Of a DNA stretch of 62,123 bases, positions 18,497 through 27,996 are shown one piece after another; the first letter of the stretch is position 1, and the number at the start of each line of letters is the position of its first letter. The position numbers and the translations under genes were made by a program. This stretch comes from a virus (taxonomy: Duplodnaviria > Caudoviricetes), in the IMG/VR virus record IMGVR_UViG_3300044460_000010, positions 1 through 62,123 of that record. One strand, 5' to 3'. The notes under the pieces were generated by a model. The model was not told the DNA's origin, made no database searches, and was given only the letters and a program-made list of their open reading frames with translations.

Positions 18497-18742
18497 ATGA
18501 TGATGACTCAGCCAAAAAGCAAGGCGACGACTGATGACAACGCGGTCACAACAGTCAAGGCGCGGCAACGCGTCGCGAGACTGATACGCAAGTACGCCGC
18601 GCTGTTGGAAGTGAATCAGGAATTGATCCTCGACCGCTACGAGAAGTTGATCGAGGACGATCTTTTAGCGGAGATGGCTAGGCAGACGGGCCAGATTCAG
18701 GGCAAGAAGTCTGCCCCAAAGACACAGCCTCCGAAGGAGTGA
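18497..18742 (+). CDS. Small putative regulator
   Basis: Divergent small gene upstream of the integrase; TTVKARQRVARLIRKYAA. Confidence 0.5.
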   Translation: MMMTQPKSKATTDDNAVTTVKARQRVARLIRKYAALLEVNQELILDRYEKLIEDDLLAEMARQTGQIQGKKSAPKTQPPKE

Positions 18743-19120
18743 GCAGCACGAACCTGACGACTTTCCCCTGTCGCCGGACGCTGATTGTGACCTCTTCGTA
18801 GTTCGGTTCTCGTGATGACCAGTGCGCGCGGGTCGCTTCTTCGTACTCCGCGTCGCTCATTGGGACAGGCTGACCACTCGCGGCATTTTCATTCATCGTC
18901 GTGGGCGCGGGCATGAGCGTTCCTCCTGAAGTTGTCCCATCTGTGGTGTGGTGTACGACCGCCCACTATTCTAACGCGGGCGACGGTGCGTTCGGCAAGC
19001 GGGAAAATACGAAATATTTCTCAGCCGTGAATTTAACACCACAGGCAAGCGAATCACAGACCTCCGGCCGCATTTTTCCGAAGTTCCAATCTCGGTAATC
19101 CAGGCAAACGGGGTAAGCAC

Positions 19121-20170
19121 ATGGCATCCCGCAAGCGAGCGCCCAAAGGCACCGGCACCGTGTTCTGGTGCGAGTGCCGTAAATGCTGGATCGCACGCAA
19201 GACGGTGAACGGGGTGCGGATCGAGCGACACGGCAAGACGCAGGCTGAAGCGCTCCGCAAACTCGCCCTGGCACTGCCGCCCGAACCGGCAGTCACGTTC
19301 TCGGTGTGGTCGGCGCGCTGGCTCGAATCGCTCGGCCACAAACAGCAAACAGTGGACTCCTACCGCGACACGCTCCGGTTGCACATCAACCCGCGGTTGG
19401 GCACACGCGCGGTCAACTCCATCACCGCTTTTGATATCAAGGAAGCGATCAAGTTCTGGGGAGAGAGTTCGCACGCGGGCACCGTGGGTAAGATCCTGAC
19501 GTGTCTCTCCGGGTGTCTCCAGGGCGCGTGCGATGCGGAGATCATCACACGCAACGTCGCCCGTGCGGTCAAGCGGCCCGTTGTGTCGAAGGTGGAACTC
19601 GACCTCTTCACGCCGGAGGAACTGAAGCGCATCATCGCGGCCGGGCTGTCACGGCGGACGTGGCGAAGCTTCGCGCTCTGTGCCGCGACGGGTTGCCGCA
19701 TCGGCGAAGCAACCGCGCTCAAGGCCGGCGACTACGACGCCGCTACGGGGATGCTCTCCATCACGCGCACGCTCACCCGCCGGCACGGACTCAGTACCGC
19801 CAAGAGCAAGGCTTCTCGCCGCGTAATCTGGATTCCGCCGGACGTGCGGCCCGCACTCGTCGCGGGCATCCGCAATTCGAGCTACGCCAACGTGCATGTG
19901 TTCTGGCGGAATCTGCTCGCGCACCTGGGGCTGCGATACCGCAACATCCACCAACTCAAGCACTCGGTGGCATCGATCCTCGTAGCGGAAGGGGAGTCGA
20001 TTGCCGACGCGGCGGCGTACATGGGCGACACATTCGAGGTGTTCGCCAGAACGTACATCCACGCTGTGGGAACCAACCCCGGGGCCACTCTTGAGCGCGT
20101 ATTAGGTGGCGGTAAGGTGGCGGGCGAATCGCGTGTGCGTGCGAAAATCCCCGGAAAATCAGGGCTTTGA
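19121..20170 (+). CDS. int: Tyrosine integrase
   Basis: ATGCRIGEATAL, KSKASRRVI, HQLKHSVAS (R replaced by K), MGD...TYIH catalytic Tyr; N-terminal arm-binding domain. Confidence 0.92.
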   Translation: MASRKRAPKGTGTVFWCECRKCWIARKTVNGVRIERHGKTQAEALRKLALALPPEPAVTFSVWSARWLESLGHKQQTVDSYRDTLRLHINPRLGTRAVNSITAFDIKEAIKFWGESSHAGTVGKILTCLSGCLQGACDAEIITRNVARAVKRPVVSKVELDLFTPEELKRIIAAGLSRRTWRSFALCAATGCRIGEATALKAGDYDAATGMLSITRTLTRRHGLSTAKSKASRRVIWIPPDVRPALVAGIRNSSYANVHVFWRNLLAHLGLRYRNIHQLKHSVASILVAEGESIADAAAYMGDTFEVFARTYIHAVGTNPGATLERVLGGGKVAGESRVRAKIPGKSGL

Positions 20171-20300
20171 CGAGAAGTCGAGTTAGTTGATTTTGAACTG
20201 CCTTGAAGTGCAGTTTACCAGGGATTTCTGGTGTGTTTTCCACTGCCGTAACGACTGGAACTGACTGAAACCGACTGCTGTAAGGTGGCGATAAGGTGGT
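20103..20300. other. Candidate attP region
   Basis: Paired TAAGGTGGCG-like direct repeats at ~20103-20122 and 20281-20300 flank an AT-richer core at the end of int. Confidence 0.5.
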
Positions 20301-20535
20301 GGAAGCGTGCCGCGCCTGGAAACGACACCACCCCTGCTTGTGGAGCCAGGGGGGGGTGGTGTTTGCGGCGCGGGCTGCCTTGCGGCAGGCGCGGCCGCGA
20401 GGGGTAGACGGTGGGCTGGGAAGGTGTCGATCCTCCCTCATGGTCGTTTTCACTGCTTCCTGTTCGCGACCATCGAGCAGCTACTTGCTTCCACTAACAC
20501 CAAATAGAATTGGGTCGCCGGAACAGCCCTTCGTT

Positions 20536-20576
20536 TCGTTGCCGGTCGTTGCCGGTCGTTGCCGGTCGTTAGCCGG
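20536..20576. repeat. Tandem 10-mer TCGTTGCCGG x3 plus a degenerate copy
   Basis: Read directly from sequence. Confidence 0.8.
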
Positions 20577-20961
20577 CGGGTTCATGGCATCACACGCGGG
20601 GCTGAGTCTCAACGGTGTCGTTGAATGCGCTCAACCGAAGTATACCCCACCGACTCGCCGCGTCAATGTCATGCGGCCAACTCAGCGCCCCGGATGCTCC
20701 ATCGCGTCGCGGGTGTGCATGAAGAGATTCCTCGCCTCCTCACGGACCGATGGCACGAGAGCCACGATGAGCACCGCCGCGGCGGCAACGCCCGCCAGGA
20801 ACTGGAAGATTTCGAGTGCCAGGGAATCGCCTTCGCTATTCACGGTGTGGACCTCGTGGGAAACTCGGGTCAGCGGCAGCCCGCTTCAAGCGCGTCGCCT
20901 ACGCGCCCACGGAGCCGCCAACCCGAGCTTTGCTTTTGCGGCGACGGTGTCGAGCGCCACG

Positions 20962-21192
20962 TCACTTCTTGCGGAACCGCTCGATGAGCGCCATCACCAC
21001 GTTGATGATTGCCAGGATACTCGCCGGATCGAACGCGGCGACGGTGCCGGGTGCCGCGCCGAATTTGGCGGGCGCGGACAGTTGGGTCTTGCAGTCTTCG
21101 AGTTGTGCCTTCAGTCCGTCGAGTTCGGCGTCGCACTCGGGCACGGGCGGCGTTGGCTCCGGCGCGGGAGCGGGATCATGCTTCTTCGACAT
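20962..21192 (-). CDS. Hypothetical protein with C-terminal hydrophobic helix
   Basis: MSKKHDPAP...ILAIINVVMALIERFRKK. Confidence 0.55.
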   Translation of the reverse strand: MSKKHDPAPAPEPTPPVPECDAELDGLKAQLEDCKTQLSAPAKFGAAPGTVAAFDPASILAIINVVMALIERFRKK

Positions 21193-21253
21193 CGAACACC
21201 TCACTGAGTTGGGGCGAAAGTTGGGCCTATGTGAACCGGTCTCGCGACCGGGC

Positions 21254-21694
21254 TTATCGACCTCGGAGGCGCGGGAACAGTGCCGGCCTCGATGACTGAG
21301 CGGGGCAATTCCCGCCGACGCAGCCACCAGAGGATTGCGGCAACGAGTATGTCTGCGGTGCAGACTCAGTCACACTGGCCACTTTCACCGGGCACGACAC
21401 GGGGCATCCCGTGCCACCTTTGGACTTGCAGAAGGGCGCGCCGCAGTTGGCGCTTGCCGTGCATCCACAGCCCGAAGTGGTTCGCGCCGCGGGTAAGGCA
21501 GCGACCTGACGATAGACGCCATCCGCGCCGCGCTCGTAGGTGATGCCGTCCGTCGCGGTGAAGCGGTCGGCCGCGGGTTGAACGGGCGTCTGCTTTGTCC
21601 TGTTGACGACGGTGAACCGCTGCGTGGTCTTGTTCTCCACCACGAACGCCGGCTCGGCACCAATCGACGCCGACAACACGAGTACTGTGAACAT
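21254..21694 (-). CDS. Secreted Cys-rich protein
   Basis: Signal peptide MFTVLVLSASIGA; CGC/CVGGNCP motifs. Confidence 0.55.
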   Translation of the reverse strand: MFTVLVLSASIGAEPAFVVENKTTQRFTVVNRTKQTPVQPAADRFTATDGITYERGADGVYRQVAALPAARTTSGCGCTASANCGAPFCKSKGGTGCPVSCPVKVASVTESAPQTYSLPQSSGGCVGGNCPAQSSRPALFPRLRGR

Positions 21695-21702
21695 GGCTCT
21701 CC

Positions 21703-22527
21703 TTACGAGACGTTGGGGGTTGAGGATCGCAGCGCGCACGAGCCGTCCGGAACCATGCCCGCCAGGACACACAGCCCGTGATAACCAAAACCTTGCCACG
21801 AATTTAGAGTGAGAATTCCCCATCTGCCTCGCTCGATTCGTACCCATCTGATACTGAGCATGGAGTGTGAAAATTCGTTGTAGTCGGACGGCGCGGGCAG
21901 GTTGTTAAACAGGCAGGTCGCCAGTTGACCTTTGCTCATGTCCTGGTCGTACTCGGCTTTCGCCATGTCGTACCAGTCTTCCAGGTCGCGGTGCAACTTC
22001 ATGCTCGCGCGCAGGTCGGGCGTGTCGTTGCCGCGCCGCGACTGGTAAGGCCACTCTCCGCGTCCCGTGCCGACGACCGGGAACCCCTGCTCTCGCGCGA
22101 ACTTCATGGACAGTCCGCACCATCCGCCGTTCGTGCGGTTCATGAGTGTTGCCGCGGCAACCGCGTTCAATCGCTGAACCGGGAGGTTCTGTTTGAGTTG
22201 GTCGAACATGATGGCGTGTGCTGTCGAGTGCGTCCAACAGTCCGGGAATCCGTTCTGGTCGAGGAACTCAAACGCGGGATTGCCACCGCGTAGGTAGAGG
22301 TGTTCGAGCGAGTCCTCCGCTTCTTCCCCCGCGTCGTAATAGGCGTCGTAGTCACTTGTCGGGATCAGTGTCATTTGCGCAGGGGAGTCTCGCATCTCGA
22401 CCGGGTCTACCTTGAAATCGCGAGGAACAGCACCCGTGGATGGAGCGATGTCTGGAGTTCCGCGAATAAACCCCTCGTTCAGATCGCGGAAGATGATCGG
22501 CACAACTTTTTTGTAAAAACTCGGCAT
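21703..22527 (-). CDS. Papain-like (C1) cysteine peptidase
   Basis: LDQNGFPDCW (Q, C), HSMLS (H), LNSW (N) in catalytic order. Confidence 0.7.
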   Translation of the reverse strand: MPSFYKKVVPIIFRDLNEGFIRGTPDIAPSTGAVPRDFKVDPVEMRDSPAQMTLIPTSDYDAYYDAGEEAEDSLEHLYLRGGNPAFEFLDQNGFPDCWTHSTAHAIMFDQLKQNLPVQRLNAVAAATLMNRTNGGWCGLSMKFAREQGFPVVGTGRGEWPYQSRRGNDTPDLRASMKLHRDLEDWYDMAKAEYDQDMSKGQLATCLFNNLPAPSDYNEFSHSMLSIRWVRIERGRWGILTLNSWQGFGYHGLCVLAGMVPDGSCALRSSTPNVS

Positions 22528-22530
22528 GGT

Positions 22531-23244
22531 TCATTTCCCTCTGTACGCTTGGAGTTTTTCGACCATCTTCGCGGGGCTGGCTTCCAGGTTGACGATCTCC
22601 ACCTTGCCGTTTCGCTCCATCGCCACGCAGGGTGTCACGGTGATGGCCGGCTTGATCGAGTCCCACAGAGCGGACATGGTCGGGTCTGCCTCGCCCGGCG
22701 CGTCCTTGTCTCGACGTCTCCAGCCTGCTTTCCCGCCCGTGCAGTTGGCGTTCAAATAATCCTCCACCACCCTTCCGTAGATGATCGCGCGCTGATCGAC
22801 AGGCAGCGTGTCCCCGCTCTCGTAAATGAGGATGACGCGGAAGCTCTTGAGCGGGTCGGGCGCGGGCGGAACTGGGGGAGGGTTCGGCCCCGGTGGAACC
22901 GGCGGCGGAACAGGAGGGACTGGCACCTTGCCTTTGTTGATTTCCGTCAGTGACGACGCCGTTTCGCCCTTCGTCCACCACACGACCGACAGCGGCCCAT
23001 CGGCTTCCGGCACGAGCCAGAACACGCGCTCGTTCTCGAAGTCGCCCTTCAGTTCGCGGAACGCGGCCTTGCCGCCCGTCAGCCGGTAGCCGATCTCCGT
23101 GCCCTTTGGCACCTTCACCACGACTTCCGTTACGGAACCGGCCTTCGCCACGACTTCGGCGGGGACTTCGGGCGGCGCGGCGGTCGCGACCGCCGCCATC
23201 GCCAGCAAGGCGGCCGGTAAAATCGCATAGAGTCTCCGCAGCAT
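22531..23244 (-). CDS. Secreted protein with Pro-rich linker
   Basis: Signal peptide, PVPPVPPPVPPGP linker, two domains. Confidence 0.6.
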   Translation of the reverse strand: MLRRLYAILPAALLAMAAVATAAPPEVPAEVVAKAGSVTEVVVKVPKGTEIGYRLTGGKAAFRELKGDFENERVFWLVPEADGPLSVVWWTKGETASSLTEINKGKVPVPPVPPPVPPGPNPPPVPPAPDPLKSFRVILIYESGDTLPVDQRAIIYGRVVEDYLNANCTGGKAGWRRRDKDAPGEADPTMSALWDSIKPAITVTPCVAMERNGKVEIVNLEASPAKMVEKLQAYRGK

Positions 23245-23260
23245 CGAAAAGCCTCTTGGG

Positions 23261-23593
23261 TTACCGATCCTTGCCGTCCTTCGCCCCGACACCGCCGGTC
23301 TTCGTGTGATTCGTACGTGTGAAATACGTCCCGACAATGAAGCTGAACGCGCTGGCCAGAAGCATGAACGGGCCGTTGTCCGATGGCACGAGTTGCGGGT
23401 TGATCGCTCGAATCACCACAATGACGCACGCTGTCAAAGTGACCGCGACCGCGATAACCGCCTGGGTCGCTTCCCACACGAGGTTAATCCTGCGCTGTCC
23501 GGCCGTCGTGCGATCCTCTTCAAACGTCGTGACGGACGGTGACTTGACCTCGGGCGGAACGGGCGCGACGGGTGGGGTCGGTTCGTCAGCCAC
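23261..23593 (-). CDS. Holin-like membrane protein
   Basis: Two TM segments, basic C-terminus. Confidence 0.5.
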   Translation of the reverse strand: MADEPTPPVAPVPPEVKSPSVTTFEEDRTTAGQRRINLVWEATQAVIAVAVTLTACVIVVIRAINPQLVPSDNGPFMLLASAFSFIVGTYFTRTNHTKTGGVGAKDGKDR

Positions 23594-23606
23594 GGCGATT
23601 CACCCC

Positions 23607-23813
23607 TCACGGTTGCGAATTCCACGGACTCTTGATCGGTCCATAGCCAAGCAGACCGATCGCGGCCAAGAGCACAATCAGCCCGAAAATCACCCAGACG
23701 ATGTTTTGGGCCATGCCGACGATACCGAGAACGCCCATCGCCCAATTCAGAAACAACGCGATCAGGCCCACGACGACAACGATAATCACAAGTTGGACCA
23801 ACTTGCCGATCAC
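23607..23813 (-). CDS. Small 2-TM membrane protein
   Basis: Highly hydrophobic, 68 aa. Confidence 0.65.
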   Translation of the reverse strand: MIGKLVQLVIIVVVVGLIALFLNWAMGVLGIVGMAQNIVWVIFGLIVLLAAIGLLGYGPIKSPWNSQP

Positions 23814-24082
23814 AGCATCACCGCCTTCACGGGCGAGTAGGTTCCGCCTCGTCGCTTCAGTTTGCCCTGCTTGTAGTCCCGCGCGATTCGAGCGGTTCGC
23901 GTGAGCACAATTCCCGGCAGCAGCGCGTCAACGGGTGTCAGTTTCTTTGGCTCTTGCGGGGCGGTGTAACTAGTTGACAACCGCTCCTCCGTCGAGCAGA
24001 TGCAGCGGAATGCCGCCGTGCCCCAATGGTGGTTCAAGATATCCAGCCCGCATCCAATGCACCTGGAAGGTCCGATTCCCAT
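23810..24082 (-). CDS. Hypothetical protein
   Basis: Coupled ORF. Confidence 0.45.
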   Translation of the reverse strand: MGIGPSRCIGCGLDILNHHWGTAAFRCICSTEERLSTSYTAPQEPKKLTPVDALLPGIVLTRTARIARDYKQGKLKRRGGTYSPVKAVML

Positions 24083-24091
24083 AACTCACCC

Positions 24092-24439
24092 TCACTCGTT
24101 TGCGAATTCCGGTCCACTCGGATCGCCCTTCAGCACCTTCGTTCCCACTGTCGGGCCGGGTACGCAGTGCCATTCGCCATTGCCGCTGTACCAGAGCATC
24201 CCCCACTCGCCGGGTTCCAGCCCGAAGCACGCGGCGCAGCACGAGGCGGTACAGGCACATTCCGGCAACTCGACCTCACGCTCCGGCAGCGTGACCACAA
24301 CCTGGCCGAACGGGGTCTGTATCGGACCTGTCCATTCGGGTATAGTAAGTGTGCATGGTCCCGACGCTGACAAACCCTTCTTGGACTGACCGTTCGCACT
24401 CTTCTTGGCCTTCGCCGGTTTACTTTGGGGCTTCGCCAT
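24092..24439 (-). CDS. Hypothetical Cys-rich protein
   Basis: MAKPQSK..., AAGGA RBS. Confidence 0.55.
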   Translation of the reverse strand: MAKPQSKPAKAKKSANGQSKKGLSASGPCTLTIPEWTGPIQTPFGQVVVTLPEREVELPECACTASCCAACFGLEPGEWGMLWYSGNGEWHCVPGPTVGTKVLKGDPSGPEFANE

Positions 24440-24833
24440 GTTGTCTCGCTTCCTTTGGTTATTCGTCGCACTGAGTCTGCTGGGCTGCGGTCCGGGAAGG
24501 CATCCCACCCCGGCACCCGTCGTTTACAAAACCGTCCCACCGCGCGAACTGTACAATGCCTACGTCGATTCGTCGGGCCGCTGGGACGATTGGCCCGTGC
24601 GGGTCGTGTTGCCGCCGGGCAGTTTCGTGAGGGACGGTAACACGCTCCTGTGGCACACCTTCCGCACGACCGACGCGCCCTCAATCGTGTTCGCCTTCGC
24701 CACCGTCCCAACCGTCGAGCCAACCGCCTCCGTGACGCTCACCGGGGTCTGTCGCGGCAAGCGGAGGGACGAGGGACCGCGCGGCAGTGGCTTCAAGTGG
24801 CATGTGCTGGTCGATGGGTGCCAGTTGCGCTAA
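24438..24833 (+). CDS. Lipoprotein, possibly OB-fold (tRNA_anti-like)
   Basis: Lipobox LSLLGC; ELYNAY...VTLTGVCRG...LVDGCQL. Confidence 0.6.
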   Translation: MLSRFLWLFVALSLLGCGPGRHPTPAPVVYKTVPPRELYNAYVDSSGRWDDWPVRVVLPPGSFVRDGNTLLWHTFRTTDAPSIVFAFATVPTVEPTASVTLTGVCRGKRRDEGPRGSGFKWHVLVDGCQLR

Positions 24834-24847
24834 GGCATAAAGGCGTA

Positions 24848-24950
24848 AAGGCAGCCACAGATTACGCAGACAAGGCAGGATCAGATAAAGAACTTAATTC
24901 ATTCTTCTGCCTTTAATCCTGTCTTTCTCCGCGCAATCCGTGGCGGTATT
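24848..24950. repeat. Palindromic element family A, copy 1
   Basis: GCAGCCACAGAT...ATCCGTGGCGGTATT imperfect hairpin. Confidence 0.85.
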
Positions 24951-25368
24951 ACTCCCCGCCGCTCTTGCCCTTGAGATGCGCCAGTATCAGCGCTCGCGTC
25001 TTGTCGTCGCGGTCCGAATCGTGCCTGCGCTGCGCCTCAGCCTGCGCCGCGTTGTGCTCCCGCTGAATCGTCATCTGCGCCGCGAAGAACTGCCGTTCCT
25101 TCTCGCGTTCACCGGAGCAGTGCTGGCGGAGCATCTCCTTCTCTTCGGTGGCATTACGCATCTGCGCGGCCTGCATCTCCACGAGCATCGACATCGTGAA
25201 GTGCGACAGTACCCCCAGGGCCACCACCGCCACGATGAGGACAACGTGAACCACCTGCGTGGAACTGAATCGCGAGAACCGTTCGGCGGCGTTGACGCCC
25301 TCACCGATGATCGTGACGGTTCCCGTTTGCGGCGGCGGATCGGGCGCGGTAGCATTCGCATCAGCCAT
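24949..25368 (-). CDS. Membrane-anchored coiled-coil protein
   Basis: TM segment VVHVVLIVAVVALGVL followed by coiled coil. Confidence 0.6.
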   Translation of the reverse strand: MADANATAPDPPPQTGTVTIIGEGVNAAERFSRFSSTQVVHVVLIVAVVALGVLSHFTMSMLVEMQAAQMRNATEEKEMLRQHCSGEREKERQFFAAQMTIQREHNAAQAEAQRRHDSDRDDKTRALILAHLKGKSGGE

Positions 25369-25560
25369 CGACCACCTTGTTCGTGGTTGCTGGTCAGGGA
25401 CTGGAAGTGGCGTCAACCACTTCCGGTTCCGGGGTGGCGCGGTGGTTCGAGCGTTCCGCTCTGGCTACCGCGCTGCCTTGCTCTCTGCGTGAATTGTCGC
25501 ACGCTCACGGGGAACCTGCGTGACTCTGTCGCGTGAGGCTGACCCCCAGCATTACTCACC

Positions 25561-25589
25561 TTGCCTCCAAAGCGATGATCAGATACAGT
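25561..25589 (+). promoter_or_regulatory. Candidate promoter for the orphan array RNA
   Basis: TTGCCT-N17-TACAGT. Confidence 0.5.
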
Positions 25590-25688
25590 TAGGGTTCTGA
25601 TGACGGCGGGTTTGGGACGCAAGTCCCGCTCGTCTCAATCCCCCGGACCGTTCCCTTTGCTTGCAGGCGGGGAGCGGTTCGGTCGTTC

Positions 25689-25763
25689 GGTAAGTTCGGG
25701 CTTGGTAGGTTGGGGCTAGGTTAGGCGCGTTGTGGCGTGCTTAGGTATGGTCAGGCGAGATGC
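25689..25763 (+). repeat. Orphan GGY-NN pentamer array 4 (15 units)
   Basis: GGT-AA GTT-CG GGC-TT GGT-AG ...; 10/15 GGY, all GNY, unbroken phase. Confidence 0.8.
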
Positions 25764-26324
25764 ACCGCACAGGGGGCTGGCTTCGGCTTGCCCCCTGTTG
25801 TTTTCACCCTTCCAAGCCACGACGGACGCGAAGAGACCGTATCGCAGGAGCAGGTATCGCCGAATCCCCCGCCTGGCATCCTCCCTCGTCTCAAACACCG
25901 CAATCTTCTCCGTCGGTCTCCAGCGATTGCGCTTCAGCCTTTGCATCACGACAACCTCTTCGCGATTGCCGATCACCCACACCGCGGCGATGAACCCGCC
26001 AAACCGTTTACTCTCGCGAATCTGGAAGGGGTTGATTTTGCGCGTGGCGAGCACCGCCCGCCAGTTGTCGCCGAAGGTCTCCGCGTACCACCGTGCGACG
26101 AATCGCGCCGTCACGTGCGGTTGCGTGCTGCGACTGCCGGGGATGTTGTAGAGGCAGCCCCCGAGCTTCACGCGCGCGACCCACACGGGATTGCCGGCGG
26201 GGTCGATGCGATGGCGGTAGACGTTGCGAAAGCCCGATTCGGCGGTCCGGCAGCGAAGCGGGCCGATCAGGCGCTCAACAGGGACGGTGGAAGTGGTCGG
26301 CGGTTCGCAGAATTGACGCAACAC
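25716..26324 (-). CDS. AP2-like DNA-binding domain protein
   Basis: SGFRNVYRH...WVARVKLGG; start uncertain; C-terminal tail is antisense to array 4. Confidence 0.5.
   Translation of the reverse strand: MLRQFCEPPTTSTVPVERLIGPLRCRTAESGFRNVYRHRIDPAGNPVWVARVKLGGCLYNIPGSRSTQPHVTARFVARWYAETFGDNWRAVLATRKINPFQIRESKRFGGFIAAVWVIGNREEVVVMQRLKRNRWRPTEKIAVFETREDARRGIRRYLLLRYGLFASVVAWKGENNRGQAEASPLCGASRLTIPKHATTRLT
25769..25805 (+). terminator. Intrinsic terminator after array 4
   Basis: ACAGGGGGC/GCCCCCTGT stem, TTCG loop, TGTTTTC tail. Confidence 0.65.
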
Positions 26325-26489
26325 ATTGCCCCCACGGCCATTCGTGTGATACGATGGATTCGCTGGGGTCAGTGTCGAGCGTGCCGGGCAGCAGCAGGCG
26401 GGGGCTTTGCTGCTGCCCGGTGTCGTTATCCCTGGGAGGGGACAGGGTGAGTATGGCAGACGCGCGGGGAACCTGCGGCGGAAGACGGG

Positions 26490-26594
26490 AATACCGCCAC
26501 AGATCGCACGGATAGAGACAGGATCAGAAAAGAATGTTTTCAACTCTGTCTTTTGCCTTTATCCTGTCTTTATCAGCGTAATCTGTGGCTGCTT
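26490..26594. repeat. Palindromic element family A, copy 2
   Basis: AATACCGCCACAGAT...ATCTGTGGCTGC. Confidence 0.85.
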
Positions 26595-26618
26595 ACTCTT
26601 TTCTCGAAGAGAGAACCC

Positions 26619-26936
26619 GTGAAACGTTTCACCGTGCCGGCCATCATGCTCGTTGTCGGGATCGCGATTGGCTGGCTCGCATCCGACAGCAGGCGGGTTT
26701 ACTCGAGTAAGCCCGGTCCCGGGGCGGTGTTCATCGACCCGACCGCGCCTGTCACCATCGAGCGCTTCATGCATCACCGCGATGAGACGCACTTGAAGAC
26801 AGTCTACACGCCGTTCAAGTACCGCCATCAGGGCGAATGGATCGAACTGAAAGCGGAACCACCCGACCACAAGGATATTTGGGTGCTCAAGGACGAGGGC
26901 GACGCCTTCGCCCTCCACTGCACGAAGTCGAACTAA
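26619..26936 (+). CDS. Membrane-anchored hypothetical protein
   Basis: N-terminal TM segment after MKRF. Confidence 0.55.
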   Translation: MKRFTVPAIMLVVGIAIGWLASDSRRVYSSKPGPGAVFIDPTAPVTIERFMHHRDETHLKTVYTPFKYRHQGEWIELKAEPPDHKDIWVLKDEGDAFALHCTKSN

Positions 26937-27838
26937 CTCACGAAGCACACCTCGCGCGGGGTGCCAAAGGGAACCTCCGGCACATTGAAGCAACCCGTGC
27001 CGTCCCAGCTCGCGCCGTGGTAAAACTTCGAGGTGGTGTCGTCGGTAATCTCCCAATCGGAACTTTGCGCGGGACCAACGACGCCAAGCGTCACCTGTCC
27101 ATCGCCGCTAATCCACGTCACCGCGTATCCTGGCAGACTGGGCGTCACCTCTTTGGTCACGGTAATCGTCGCGTCGATGATGTAGATATTGCCCCAGGCC
27201 GGCGCGACCTGCGTGCTGCTGTTCACCGCGCCGAATGAGAGTGCGTTGTTGGGTTCACTTCCCGCGCCCGTGTACGCGCCCGCCGCGATGCTGAGCGTGA
27301 GGATGCCGCCCGTGTAGATCGTCGTGCCCAGCGTGAACACCACGGTCGTTGTGCCGTTGCCACTCGAGTAAGTTGCCGTTGCGGCCTGCGCGCCCGCGAG
27401 CGTGACGTTCACGCCCCAGGTCGTGACGGCTGTTGCTGCCTTATCGAACACGAGGGTGAGTGTCGTGCCGTTCGCGGCGATGGTGGCGGACTGGGGCACG
27501 GGCGGCGGCGGGATGTAGGGGATGATCGTGATGGTGGCGTCGAACGCGGCGGGGTTGAGGTAATGCGGATGCCGCAGCAGGTAGGCCGCAACCCCGCCCA
27601 TCTTCTCGTCCATCGTCGCGCCCACGCTCGTCGCGGGGATGAATGCGGCGAATACGGTCAGGTCGGCCCAGTCGTCGAACGCGGAGTACTTCGGCGGACT
27701 GCCGCTTGTGACGTCGCTGAAAATGGCATTCTTTTTCGACGTCGAGAGGGCGAGTAACTCCAACTGAATTGCAAGGGGCGTCTTGGCAATGCCAAGAAGG
27801 ACTTCGGGGTTGTTGGGATCATCGAGTGCAACTGGCAT
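26933..27838 (-). CDS. Putative tail-associated Ig-like protein
   Basis: Thr-rich beta domain (ATIAANGTTLTLVFD); follows the tail fibre gene. Confidence 0.55.
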   Translation of the reverse strand: MPVALDDPNNPEVLLGIAKTPLAIQLELLALSTSKKNAIFSDVTSGSPPKYSAFDDWADLTVFAAFIPATSVGATMDEKMGGVAAYLLRHPHYLNPAAFDATITIIPYIPPPPVPQSATIAANGTTLTLVFDKAATAVTTWGVNVTLAGAQAATATYSSGNGTTTVVFTLGTTIYTGGILTLSIAAGAYTGAGSEPNNALSFGAVNSSTQVAPAWGNIYIIDATITVTKEVTPSLPGYAVTWISGDGQVTLGVVGPAQSSDWEITDDTTSKFYHGASWDGTGCFNVPEVPFGTPREVCFVS

Positions 27839-27870
27839 GGGGTAATCCTCGGGAGGGTATACGGCAGACG

Positions 27871-27975
27871 AATACCGCCACAGATCTCGCGGATGAAAAG
27901 GCAGGATTAAAGGCAAAAGAACTCAATTCTTTCTTTATCTGATCCTGCTTTGTCTGTGTAATCTGTGGCTGCATT
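27871..27975. repeat. Palindromic element family A, copy 3
   Basis: AATACCGCCACAGAT...ATCTGTGGCTGC. Confidence 0.85.
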
Positions 27976-27996
27976 CGTCTTCTTTCCGTGGTCGCT

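Noticed and set aside
20536-20576. 10-mer tandem repeat as another guide array
   Set aside because: Units are identical, with no variable dinucleotides.
25597-25640. Hammerhead ribozyme (CTGATGA)
   Set aside because: No GAAA core after the stem.
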